A DNA stretch of 38,754 nt from Octopus bimaculoides (Eukaryota), in assembly GCF_001194135.2 (NCBI RefSeq), contig NC_068995.1, positions 28,828,358-28,867,111 of the forward strand, read 5' to 3'. The position numbers and the translations under genes were made by a program. The notes beneath the pieces were generated by a model that worked only from the letters and a program-made list of their open reading frames with translations, was not told the origin of the DNA and searched no databases. This document shows, in pieces, positions 12,301 to 22,826 of this stretch (the stretch's first letter is position 1; every line of letters begins with the position of its first letter).

Positions 12301-12515
12301 TATTTGTGTGTTTGTCCGCCCCACCATCGCTTGACAACCGATGCTGGTGTGTTTACGTCCCTGTAACTTAGCGGTTCAGCAAAAGAGACCGATAGAATAA
12401 GTACTAGGCTTACAAAGAATAGGTCCTGGGGTCTATTTCTTCGACTAAAGGCGGTGCTCTAGCATGGCCGCAGTCAAATGACTGAAACAAGTAGAAGAAT
12501 AAAAGAATAAAAGAA
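12301..12515 (+). mobile_element. SINE family 1 body and tail
   Basis: Same body as 33905-34110, AAAGAAT tail. Confidence 0.88.
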
Positions 12516-12529
12516 CCAACAATTAGTTA

Positions 12530-14230
12530 ACTTTATGATATAATAGAACACATTATAATCCTCAACCCACTCCCTCACACCTTTAAACCTTCTTAACAAT
12601 GCCGACACCTCCCAGCCCCAATCCTAATATTCCGCCCAATCCCCGTAACCAATCTAACGAACCGGCTATACCGACTAGTGAAGGAGAGAATAATAGGAAT
12701 AATATTGAGAGCTACTATAAGCTACAACCCAGCGGATGGCTCCCTCGCTACCATAAAAAATACCAGTCATAGCGCCGAGGCTAATACGAAATATAATATC
12801 TGGTGAATCTCAGGTAATCGAAAGCCCACAAGCTCTAACTTAGTGTCCTCTGGAAGTCTATGCAGCTATAGATCCCCTACCTTCTGTCCCCGGAAGATAG
12901 ATGCCGCATGAAAAATATAGTATTTAAGCGTACGGTTCCACGGAAGAATCCAAGTATGTATATATCGGCTCGTGCAGCACCACTTTCAAGGTCAAAATTA
13001 CTAACCACTATTCTAGCTTCAGATCTGAAACAAAAACTAATAATACATTTTTATCTAGGCTCATCCATTACCTAGAAAATAACTCAGATGTATATAGTTT
13101 AAAATGATCCATTGCTACTCATACCAAACCGTATAGCGTATAACAAACACGATTTCTGCATCACAGAAGTCTTATCTATTATGCAATGCAGCGACACCTT
13201 TAAAGAACGAAGCGACCCTATTCTTAATTGCCGGCGCAAATTATGTAATACCTTCTTAAGATACAAATAATACTACTTCCCCGATAATTCCCTTGCTAAT
13301 CTTCCTATATCCCCTCCCACTTGAATTTCTTCAACGTATTTATAGCAGTTATTTTTTTGAAGCTATCTATATATTTCCTTAACTTTGTGATATCTTTATA
13401 TCTTCATTTTGTATACAGAAATAAGCTTGCGCGCACGCGCGGATACCTATGCTGATACTATGGATATGCTGTGAGTATACGCATGCACGCGGGTACACAG
13501 ATATGTATATTTACTATGAGGTAGTAAACGACTAACTTTAACTAGAACTACTATGTTCCCTTTAAAAATACAACCTTCAACACCTATCTCCTTCTTTTTC
13601 TTCCTCCTCTTCTTCTTTCTTAACAACTCCACCCGACCCCCACTCCTAAATTTTTGACCTCTTCCTTTTCATTTTTTTTTTGTTTTTCTTAGCCATTTCA
13701 TCTTTTCTAAATCTCTTTCTGTATAAATGTTTAAGCATGGATGCACCTCGGTACCGATGTACTGTAGACACAGCAAAGTGGTCCCAGCTTAATATTCAGA
13801 AAGACTCTTCCCTTAAAGTCATTATCCATCTACATTAAATCAATCCTCTTTCCGCCCCCTTTCATTTTCTTTATTTTTAACAGTTTTAAACAAATTCCCC
13901 ACCCCCAAATATTTTACCTTTTCGCTTTTCTTGCTTACTGACCATCTTATTTCTTCAGACATTTGTTTTTTATATTCTGTTTTTCTTTTTATTTGATTTT
14001 TCTACTCTGTTCTTCTGACTTCCCCACTCATTTCAAATTATATCTTCGAAGAATTAACTTGGGATTCCTTAACGACAATGTAGCCTTCATATGGTTAAGG
14101 TATCCTAGGCCTGACGAATAACTAGCTGTATACCTCTCGTTGAGTAACTATTATATCAGAGGATCTGCTAGCTAGTAAAGATATGTAGCCTGAGTTTGAC
14201 CTACTCCACTCCCTCAGTTTGGATTTTTAT
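12530..14230 (+). mobile_element. Penelope-like element 3' part: GIY-YIG endonuclease plus 3' pseudo-LTR
   Basis: 12861-13240 gives CSYRSPTFCP..RCRMKNIVFK and ESKYVYIGSCSTTFKVKITNHYSSFRSETKTNNTFLSRLIHYLENN..YSLK*SI..TKPYS, matching the Penelope CCHH/GIY-YIG domain. A hammerhead relic lies at 14106-14192. Confidence 0.85.
14106..14192 (+). ncRNA. Degenerate minimal type I hammerhead ribozyme (Penelope pLTR)
   Basis: TAGGC-CTGACGA (14111-14117), stem II ACTAGC/GCTAGT and CCTCT/AGAGG, then AAA-G-ATAT-GT-A-GCCTG. Helix I TAGGC/GCCTG pairs. Palindromic ATAT loop on helix III. G12 and C15.2 are mutated. Confidence 0.6.
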
Positions 14231-14446
14231 TCGCATTCATAGCGACTCAAGTTGTTAACCGAGTTACACAATTTTGTTTTCAGCTTATCGAATTTCAATA
14301 TGGGAAAAGCCTACAACCATAGCCAATAAATTATTAGTGTTCCTGAACGTTGATTTTTATACCTACCACGGACTGCTCGAAACTTACAAACTCTCTACGC
14401 TTAGATCATTAGATCTTATAATCACACACACACACGCACACATACA

Positions 14447-14650
14447 TAGGGTTGGCAAGAAAGTAATTTCGTTTTTCGCAAATTGAGTGACAATTCTTTT
14501 GAATGACTTTTGTCAATGTTATGACTTTTTCCTTTAAACATTTGATAGCCGTTACTTTTAGCTTACTTTAGAAACAAATTGCGCATAATTTTGTTTACAA
14601 CTGTTAGTTCAGTGTCAATTTTAACATGGAGTGCAAAAACGAACATTTTT
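14447..14650 (+). mobile_element. Mariner 5' end (TIR-like start and transposase start MECKNEHF), cut by a SINE
   Basis: Starts gggttggcaagaaagtaatttcg; ATG GAG TGC AAA AAC GAA CAT TTT precedes the SINE junction. Confidence 0.55.
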
Positions 14651-14995
14651 GCATGGCACCTTGGCCAGATGTCTTCTACTTTAGCCTCGGGCCTACCAAA
14701 GCCTTGTCGATGGATTTGGTAGACAGAAACTGAAAGAAACACTTCGCATATATGCATATATATAAATATATCTATGTGTGCGCGTCTTTGTGTCTGTGCT
14801 TGTCCCCCACCACCACCGCATGACAACGAGTGCCGGTTGTTTATGTCCCTGCATCATAACAGTTCAGCAAAATAGACCGATTGAATAAGAACCAAGCGTA
14901 AGAAAAATAAGTATTAGGGTCAATATATTCGACTGCGGCCATGCGATGTCCCAGCATAGCTGCAGTCTAATGACAAATAAAAGAATAAAAGATAA
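14651..14995 (+). mobile_element. SINE family 1, 5'-truncated composite copy
   Basis: Colinear with 33775-34110 and carries the internal microsatellite. Confidence 0.85.
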
Positions 14996-15127
14996 TAGGT
15001 GTACATACATATTAATCAGCACCGGGCTGACATTCATAATAAAAAAAGTCGAGACAGACGACAGCGTAATCAAGACTGAAGACAACGAACTTGAGGCTGA
15101 CGTTGACGAGATTAACGAGATTCTGGA

Positions 15128-15677
15128 GAGGGGTTAATCGGTTACATCGACGCCAGTGGTCAAATAGTATTTAATTTATCGACCGCGAAAGAATGAAAGG
15201 CAATGTTGGTCACAACAGAATTTGAACTCAGGCCGTAAATACGGACGAAATGCAGCTAAGCATTTTGCTCTGTCTGCTAACGATTCTGCCAGCTCGCCGC
15301 CTTTATTGGTTTCAAATATTGGCACAAGGCCAGCAAAGATGAAAAGAAAAGACCTCCTCGGCAGAATTTGAACTCAGAAGGTAAAGACAGACGAAATGCT
15401 GTTAAGCATTTTTCCGGGCATGCTAACTATTTTGCCCGCTCGCCGCCCTAACCTGATTAGATATTAGTTTCAAATTTTGGCCCAAGACCAGCAATTTTAG
15501 TGAAGGAGTAACTCGATTAAATTGACTCCTGTGTTCAATTGGTACTCAATTTATAGACTCCGAAAGGATGAAAGGCAAAGTCGACCTGGGTGGAATTTGA
15601 ACTCAAAAAGTAAAGATGGACGAAACGCCGTTAAGCATTTTGCCCGGCATGCTAACGGTTCTGTCAGCTCACCACCT
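15128..15677 (-). mobile_element. Three adjacent SINE family 2 copies (15128-15302, 15345-15447, 15466-15677)
   Basis: Each contains the reverse-complement head; the last is flanked by the direct repeat aacctgatta(g/a)atatt. Confidence 0.85.
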
Positions 15678-15914
15678 TAAACCTGATTAAATATTTAAAA
15701 AAAATAAAGGATAGTTTAAACAGTATTTATTATTTACAATATGTAATGCTACTCGTCATTATAAATTGCATTATATAAATTATTGGTTACGCAACACTTT
15801 ATATAATGCAATTTATAGAACAATACATTTTCTAGCTCTACTCTTGATCCCAAACTATATTCACGAAGGTGTTTATATTATTAGTTCATGCGTATCAAAA
15901 CATGATTTACTTAC

Positions 15915-16171
15915 TAATATTGAGTACTTCACCAAATACATTAGTGATGTTAAAAGTTGTACAATTCCAGCGGCGGCTTCGAAACTGATGTTGGCATTCA
16001 CTAATTCCTATTGCTGCTCCTTTAGTAATGACTTCTAAAAGTTTGTCTTCCGTGTTGCACAAATCTCGCTGTCGTGGCAGTAAGAAATTGAGGCTCGAGC
16101 ATCTTCTCTGTTTGCCATTTTGTTTAACTTCGACTGGAATTGTCTGGTATGAACTGGCCAGACCAAGGTAC
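15915..16171 (-). CDS. WntA: Wnt ligand internal coding exon (typical exon 2), most similar to the WntA subfamily
   Basis: Minus strand reads ttgcag|G TAC CTT...AAT ATT A|gtaagt: 257 nt, phase 2 start, phase 1 end. It encodes YLGLASSYQTIPVEVKQNGKQRRCSSLNFLLPRQRDLCNTEDKLLEVITKGAAIGISECQHQFRSRRWNCTTFNITNVFGEVLNI, with the Wnt motif GA..GI.ECQHQF..RRWNC and four conserved Cys. WNCTTFN..VFG.VL is recalled as WntA-like. Wnt family is near certain; subfamily (WntA vs Wnt5/Wnt4) needs a phylogeny. Confidence 0.9.
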
Positions 16172-16279
16172 CTGCAATGTAACAAAGTTAAATAACAGTT
16201 CAAACAATGCTGTATAGAGGTATTGTTTTGCTTTTCTTTTTTTTTTTGTTATTACAGGATATGTAAAATATTGATTTAA

Positions 16280-16478
16280 AATTTTGGCACAAGACCAGTA
16301 TTTTCTTCGGAGAAGTAAGTTGATTACGTCAACGCTTGTGTTTAACTTGTACTTATTTTATCGACGCCGAAATGATGAAAAGAAAAGTCGATCCTGGCAG
16401 CATTTGAACTCAGAACATAAAGTTTGAAGAAATGTTGCGAAGCATTTTTTCGGTATAAAGATTCTGCCAGTTCGCCGC
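16280..16478 (-). mobile_element. SINE family 2
   Basis: Reverse-complement head and body, about 110 bp from the Wnt acceptor. Confidence 0.8.
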
Positions 16479-17083
16479 AAGATAGCAATTGTATACGTAA
16501 GATATCAATTGGTGTCTAACATATTGTTCGCGGTTGTAATTATGGTTATATAGGAATTTTCCAAAAGATAGATGCTAACTGAGCTGAATAACAGAATCTT
16601 GAATTATGATCTTTGCTTTGAGCACCAGGGATATATAAGTTAAAACGTGTATTTTGCTTACTAAGAATGTTAGATATGAAAACGAAGGGCATCGGTAAGG
16701 TGAATGTAAAAGTTACATGTTTGATGCTCTCCAGTGTTCCATCGCACCAAAATACAATTATGGTTTCGTAGATTGATAAACAATATTCCCAAGTACAGTT
16801 TTATAATCCAAAAGTATCGTGTCCAAAGGCATTTCAAATGAATACTTATAAACTTGATCACAGAAGTAATTTTCATCATCCAACTATGTCGAAATATTTC
16901 CAGTTGACTAAGAAGGTAGGATGAAAAGTTCATAGTCAATTATGAAGGAGTAATGATAGAACTGTGAAAATCTTGCATGCCTTAATTTCAACCCTTCTTG
17001 ATTATAACTACATTGTTTATTTCCAGGTAAACCGACTCTTCAAAGAAGACTTCAAATTTAACTAGTAACGACTTCTCTTGAAA

Positions 17084-18022
17084 ATCGACAAAATTTGACA
17101 TCATAGTGTTATCAAGTACCTGCAGAAACACGGTTTTGTTCCCAACGACATTCATGCCGAAAGGGTTGCAACATTAGGGGATAATGCTCCAGCTTTATTA
17201 ACAGTGTAAAAATGGGCAGCTGAATTGAGGATTAAAAGGGAGAGTCTTGAAAATGTCCCAAGATTTGGACGTCCTGCATCTTCCACCACCAAAGAAAACA
17301 TTGGTCGTGTTTACCACATGGTAATAGTTGACAGGCGAATGACTATAAATCAAATAGCCAATGCTATTAGCATATCTCGTGAGAGAGTTGGGAATATTCT
17401 ACGCAATGAACTTGGCATGACGAAGGTTTTTGCTCGCTTAGTGCTACATCTTCTGACACTTGACCAAAAGCGCACCAAACTGATCACATAAAATCTGATA
17501 TTGCTCCAAGCAGATCCAGTTGGTTTCTTTGAATGTTTCCTAAGCCAGGATGAGTGTTGGATTCAACACTTTGAGCCAGAGACAAAGAGACAATCCAAGC
17601 AATGAAAACCCCATTTCTTCTGTTTCAAAAAAGGTTAAGCTTGTTTCATCTGTAGGAAAAATTACGGCCTTAGTTTTTTAGTATGCAAACAGCATTGTGT
17701 TTATTGATTATCTTCAAAAGGGCCACCCTATCAATGAAGAGTACTATGCCATCTTGCTGAGGCAATGACGAAAGGCCATCAATACCAAATGCCCAAGTAA
17801 GCTAACGGAAGCAGTTTTATTTCATTAGGACAATGCTCCAGCACACAAATCCTTGGTTTCAATGGCTGCTATGCGCGACTGTGCTTCTGAACTGGTTGAT
17901 CACGCCTATTCTCCTGATTTGGCCTCATCTGACTATCATCTGTTTCCCCAACATGGAAAACCCTTGGCTGAGAACCAGTATCACAGTGAGGATGATGACA
18001 TATGTGCTGTTGATGACTTTAT
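17084..18022 (+). mobile_element. Mariner transposase pseudogene, near full length
   Basis: Broken frames give VIKYLQK, ESLENVPRFGRP, DRRMTINQIANAISISRERV, SQDECWIQHFEPETKRQS, DNAPAHKS, HAYSPDLASSDYHLFP (YSPDL motif of D,D34D mariners); many stops and frameshifts. Confidence 0.93.
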
Positions 18023-18615
18023 TTTACCAATCAATTTAACCATAACCGGTTGATTGCATACTAACTACCTGATAAAATCAAATACAGATTTTATCCTAAA
18101 TTTTAAAAATATATTAAAAATATATTTCACCAAAACCCAAATTATTCACTGCTGAATGCTTCGTTATTAACACGTGGTCGAAATACACAGAACCAGATTT
18201 TTGAATTTTTATTTTGTATATATGTACCAACAGTGTATTTGCGCTGTAAAGCAGTTGTGTTCATGGGTACGTATATTTATTTGTGTTTATATGCATTTGG
18301 GTTGTATTACATTGATGATGGAAAAAGAGGTTTCTCCTTTAATCCTGAAATCAACTGATATGTAATTGAACCGTTTCATGAATCTGTTTCGTTTATTTGC
18401 ACGTGGACGACGCGTGTTTATAGTTTTATGGTGATATCTTAAGGTAGTTTAGAGACATCTGGCGTTTTAGTCTAGCGTTCAGGTGAGCCTGTATACGTAT
18501 AAGCTTGCCCTTAATATACATTTATAAATTCATTAATATAAACTTTACCGGTTGATTGCATGCTAACTACCTGATACACTCAAATACAGATTTTATCCTA
18601 AATTTTAAAATATAT

Positions 18616-18990
18616 AGGCGTAAGAGTGGCTGTAAGGTAAGTAGCTTGCTTACCAACCACGTGGTTCCGGGTTCAGTCCCACTGCATGGAACCTTGGGCA
18701 AATGTCTTCTACTATAGCCTCTGGCCGACCAAAGACTTGTAAGTGGATTTGGTAGACAGAAACTTAAAGAAGCCCGTCGTATATATAAACATATATGTAT
18801 GTGTGTGTGTTTGTGTATCTGTGTTTGACCCCCAACATCGGTTGACAACCGATGGCGGTGTGTTTACGTCCCCGTAACTTAGCGGTTCGGCTAAAGAGAA
18901 CGATAGAATAAGTACTAGGCTTGCAAAGAATAAGTTGTGGGGTCGATTTTGCTCGACTAAAGACGGTGCTCCAGCAAGGCCGCAATCAAA
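18616..18990 (+). mobile_element. SINE family 1, composite copy running into a gap
   Basis: Colinear with 33712-34110. Confidence 0.9.
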
Positions 18991-19989
18991 NNNNNNNNNN
19001 NNNNNNNNNNNNNNNNNNNNNNNNNNNNNNNNNNNNNNNNNNNNNNNNNNNNNNNNNNNNNNNNNNNNNNNNNNNNNNNNNNNNNNNNNNNNNNNNNNNN
19101 NNNNNNNNNNNNNNNNNNNNNNNNNNNNNNNNNNNNNNNNNNNNNNNNNNNNNNNNNNNNNNNNNNNNNNNNNNNNNNNNNNNNNNNNNNNNNNNNNNNN
19201 NNNNNNNNNNNNNNNNNNNNNNNNNNNNNNNNNNNNNNNNNNNNNNNNNNNNNNNNNNNNNNNNNNNNNNNNNNNNNNNNNNNNNNNNNNNNNNNNNNNN
19301 NNNNNNNNNNNNNNNNNNNNNNNNNNNNNNNNNNNNNNNNNNNNNNNNNNNNNNNNNNNNNNNNNNNNNNNNNNNNNNNNNNNNNNNNNNNNNNNNNNNN
19401 NNNNNNNNNNNNNNNNNNNNNNNNNNNNNNNNNNNNNNNNNNNNNNNNNNNNNNNNNNNNNNNNNNNNNNNNNNNNNNNNNNNNNNNNNNNNNNNNNNNN
19501 NNNNNNNNNNNNNNNNNNNNNNNNNNNNNNNNNNNNNNNNNNNNNNNNNNNNNNNNNNNNNNNNNNNNNNNNNNNNNNNNNNNNNNNNNNNNNNNNNNNN
19601 NNNNNNNNNNNNNNNNNNNNNNNNNNNNNNNNNNNNNNNNNNNNNNNNNNNNNNNNNNNNNNNNNNNNNNNNNNNNNNNNNNNNNNNNNNNNNNNNNNNN
19701 NNNNNNNNNNNNNNNNNNNNNNNNNNNNNNNNNNNNNNNNNNNNNNNNNNNNNNNNNNNNNNNNNNNNNNNNNNNNNNNNNNNNNNNNNNNNNNNNNNNN
19801 NNNNNNNNNNNNNNNNNNNNNNNNNNNNNNNNNNNNNNNNNNNNNNTATATATATATATATATATATATATGTATTATGTATATATATATATACATATAT
19901 AAATATATACATATAGGTATATATACATATATATATACGTGTATATATGATAGTTGCCAACTCGGTTTCGAATAGACCCATTGCCTGAT

Positions 19990-22335
19990 TTCTTTATGCC
20001 CTAAAATATCATCGACGAGTTGATGTGCACTGTGAAAAGCAATATGAAATCACACATTGCACAACCGCACATTGATTATTGATGGACAGGTGATTTCGAA
20101 TGCATACTCTGCCATAAAGTATGCAGATCAAAAAGTGGCATGAAAAATGCATAGCAAAGTTCATGGAGCTGTAAACTATACAATCACCAAGTTTTCTTGC
20201 TCTAATTGTCAAAAAGCATGCAAGTCTTTGGCAGGCCTCAAAAGCCATATTTCATATTGGTTTTGATATTGCTCAGCCTTGGACAAATCTTTCTACATTC
20301 ATCACGTGTAAGATCATCACGTTCATTAATGCTTGTTAGAACAAAATTGTTGTCACTTTTTCTCATCTTTCTTTTGATCTTTGCATGCTGCATTCTTTTC
20401 CTTTCAAATTCATTTTTTCCTTCATGCACAACTTTCTTCTCCTTTTCTCGACAATGAACTAAATCTTCCCAGTTGTCAATTGGAACATTTATCTTTTTCA
20501 ATCCGAACTTCAGAAAATCTTTGTACCTCATCTTTGTTTTGTTGGACGGACGCTTACTTGTCACCAATTCTCCGTAAAAAAAGTTGTTTAGGCATTCTGT
20601 TGTCTGTCATTCTGACTAAGTGTCCACTCCATCTCAATCCGAACTGCAATAGCAAAGCTTCAATACTGAAGCATTTCCCTGTTTCAAGCACCTCATCGTC
20701 ACTCACAAACATTTTCCAGCTGATCCTCAAAGTTCTTCTGAGACATTGTTGATGAAAACGTTCCATAAGCTTTAAATGCTTACAATACTCAGTCCAGATT
20801 TCGCAAGCATGCAATAAAGAGGTTAAGATACATGTCTAGACCATAGGCGGTCTTCCAGTTTGCCAAAAGCGAAACGGGCTTTCTGAATGTATAGTGACAC
20901 TTCATCATCCAGATTCGCTGATATGTTTAGTGTGCTCCCTTAGTAAACAATTCCATACACGAAGATACCAGGTTCTATGTAAGGCATTCCTGGTGCTGGC
21001 TGAAACATGACAACAGTTTTGGTTAGATTTATGGTTAAGCCAAGTGCCTCACAAGCCATTGAAATTGCATTCATAAGATTTTGCATGTCCTCCTCAGTAT
21101 GAGTGACAATATCACAATCATCTGCATAGAGAAGGTCTCTAATAAGAGTTGAGGACGTCCTTGATTTAGCTGACAGTCTTCTGATGTTAAAAAAATTTCC
21201 TGTTGTGCGATATCTGATATACATATACCTTTATAGGAGCCTTTGAAAGCCAATTGAAAAACTATAGTAAAATAGAGGGTGAAGAGAGTGGATGCTAGTG
21301 TGTCACCTTGTTTTACTCCATTCATGACAGAGATAGGCTCCGAGAGCTTTCCATAAATGTCGATCCTTACTTCCATGCCATCATGAAACCGCTTCAGTAT
21401 AGTGAGAAACTTAACCGGGCATCCAAGTCTCCTCAAGATCTCCCACAAGGCAGTTCGATTACTTTTCCTGTAAATGCCGTGCAGACAAGATCATGGTAAC
21501 AGTGCCCCTAACATTTCTGAACCAACTCTGTGATTCAGGAAGAATCTCATTTGCTACATATATCTGCAGCCGGTCCAACATTATTCGTGATAAAACTTTA
21601 CCGATTGTAGCAAGCAAATACCACGAAAGTTATTGCATTCATCCTTCTTGTCCCTAACCCTTGAACACAACTTCCATGATTGCATCCTTCCAGTCTTTTG
21701 GCATTACTTCATTTTTCCATATCTTCTATATTACTACTGTTCAACATTTAGACTACCAAATCCCAGTGCTTTGCCATTTTTCAGCTTTGATACTGCTTTT
21801 ATTGTTTCCTCCACTGATGGGGTGTCATCTTAGCATTCAATGGGTGCATTCTTTGCAATTATATCAATACTTTTTTCATCAACAACTGATGGTCGATTCA
21901 GAAGTTCATTGAAATGTTCCTCCCATCGTTTTAAGATGTCTTTGGGCTCCTATTCTTCAAATGAACCAAAGTAGAACATCGTGGCCCGTACACCTCACAA
22001 AGGAGAGTATATAACAACTTAGTGTTCTTAACATTGGAAGCAGCCTGTATCTCTTCTGCTTTCTTCCGCCACCAAATATCCTGCATGCCTCGAATCTTTC
22101 TTTGCACATCTGCTTTTATCTCTTTGAAAAAAGCTCTATTTTGGTCAGAATCATTTGCCAGTAATGAATGCAATGCTTTTCGTTTTTCTTCCAACAAATG
22201 TTGAACATTCCTATCACTTTCATCAAACCAAGCTTGATGTTTCTTCTTCATTACACATAAAACTTCTTTACCTAAATTGTATCGTTGTCCTCTGAAGTCC
22301 ATCAACTCATCTGTCCAATCCAAATTTTCGTTCTT
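19990..22335 (-). mobile_element. RTE-clade LINE, 5'-truncated, reverse transcriptase pseudogene
   Basis: Fragments LWEILRRLGCPVKF, NGVKQGDTLASTLF, RDLLYADDCDIV, GLTINLTKT, LRWSGHLVRMTDNRMPKQLF, YKDFLKFGLKKINVPIDNWE. Multiple frameshifts. Confidence 0.92.
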
Positions 22336-22369
22336 TTTTGCTGAAATTCTGCTCTAACTGTTTTATCCT

Positions 22370-22740
22370 TATGGATAAGTAATGTGAGACAATAGTTTCA
22401 CTTTTAATAATTTCACTATTAATAGTTTTACTATGTATATATTATATACATTGTGGAAGTATTAATAGTGAAACTATTAAAATTGGAACTATTATCTCAC
22501 AATACAATGGAGATGTTATTGTTTCACTTTTGACACGTAATACTAAAGCAGTGCAAGAGATTGTTTCAGGCTTCATTAGGCATGAATCTTTTAGTCCATG
22601 ACACTCCATCGATCCTAAGTAGAGTATGTGTAAAATTTGAATGAAATCGGTTGGGTAGTTCTCGAGTTTTAGCGATGCACACATACATGCAGACAGACAG
22701 ACAGATAGACACACATTCTCAGTTTTATATATATATAGAT
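22370..22740 (-). mobile_element. Non-autonomous Helitron-type element (Lep1/HINE-like 5' end)
   Basis: Minus strand begins a|TCTATATATATATAAAACTGAGAATGTGTG followed by (TGTC)n and AACTACCCAACCGATTTCATTCAAATTTT, the layout recalled for Lep1/DINE-like rolling-circle elements. Lower boundary uncertain. Confidence 0.6.
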
Positions 22741-22765
22741 ATGTATATATATAGATATATGTATG

Positions 22766-22826
<61 letters not shown>

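Noticed and set aside
15000-15137. Acidic peptide KKVETDDSVIKTEDNELEADVDEINEILERG
   Set aside because: Short GAC-rich stretch, no splice or start context, no recognisable domain.
14650-18990. Back-splicing (circRNA) of the Wnt exon via flanking SINEs
   Set aside because: The nearest homologous SINE pairs on both sides are in the same orientation, so they cannot pair.
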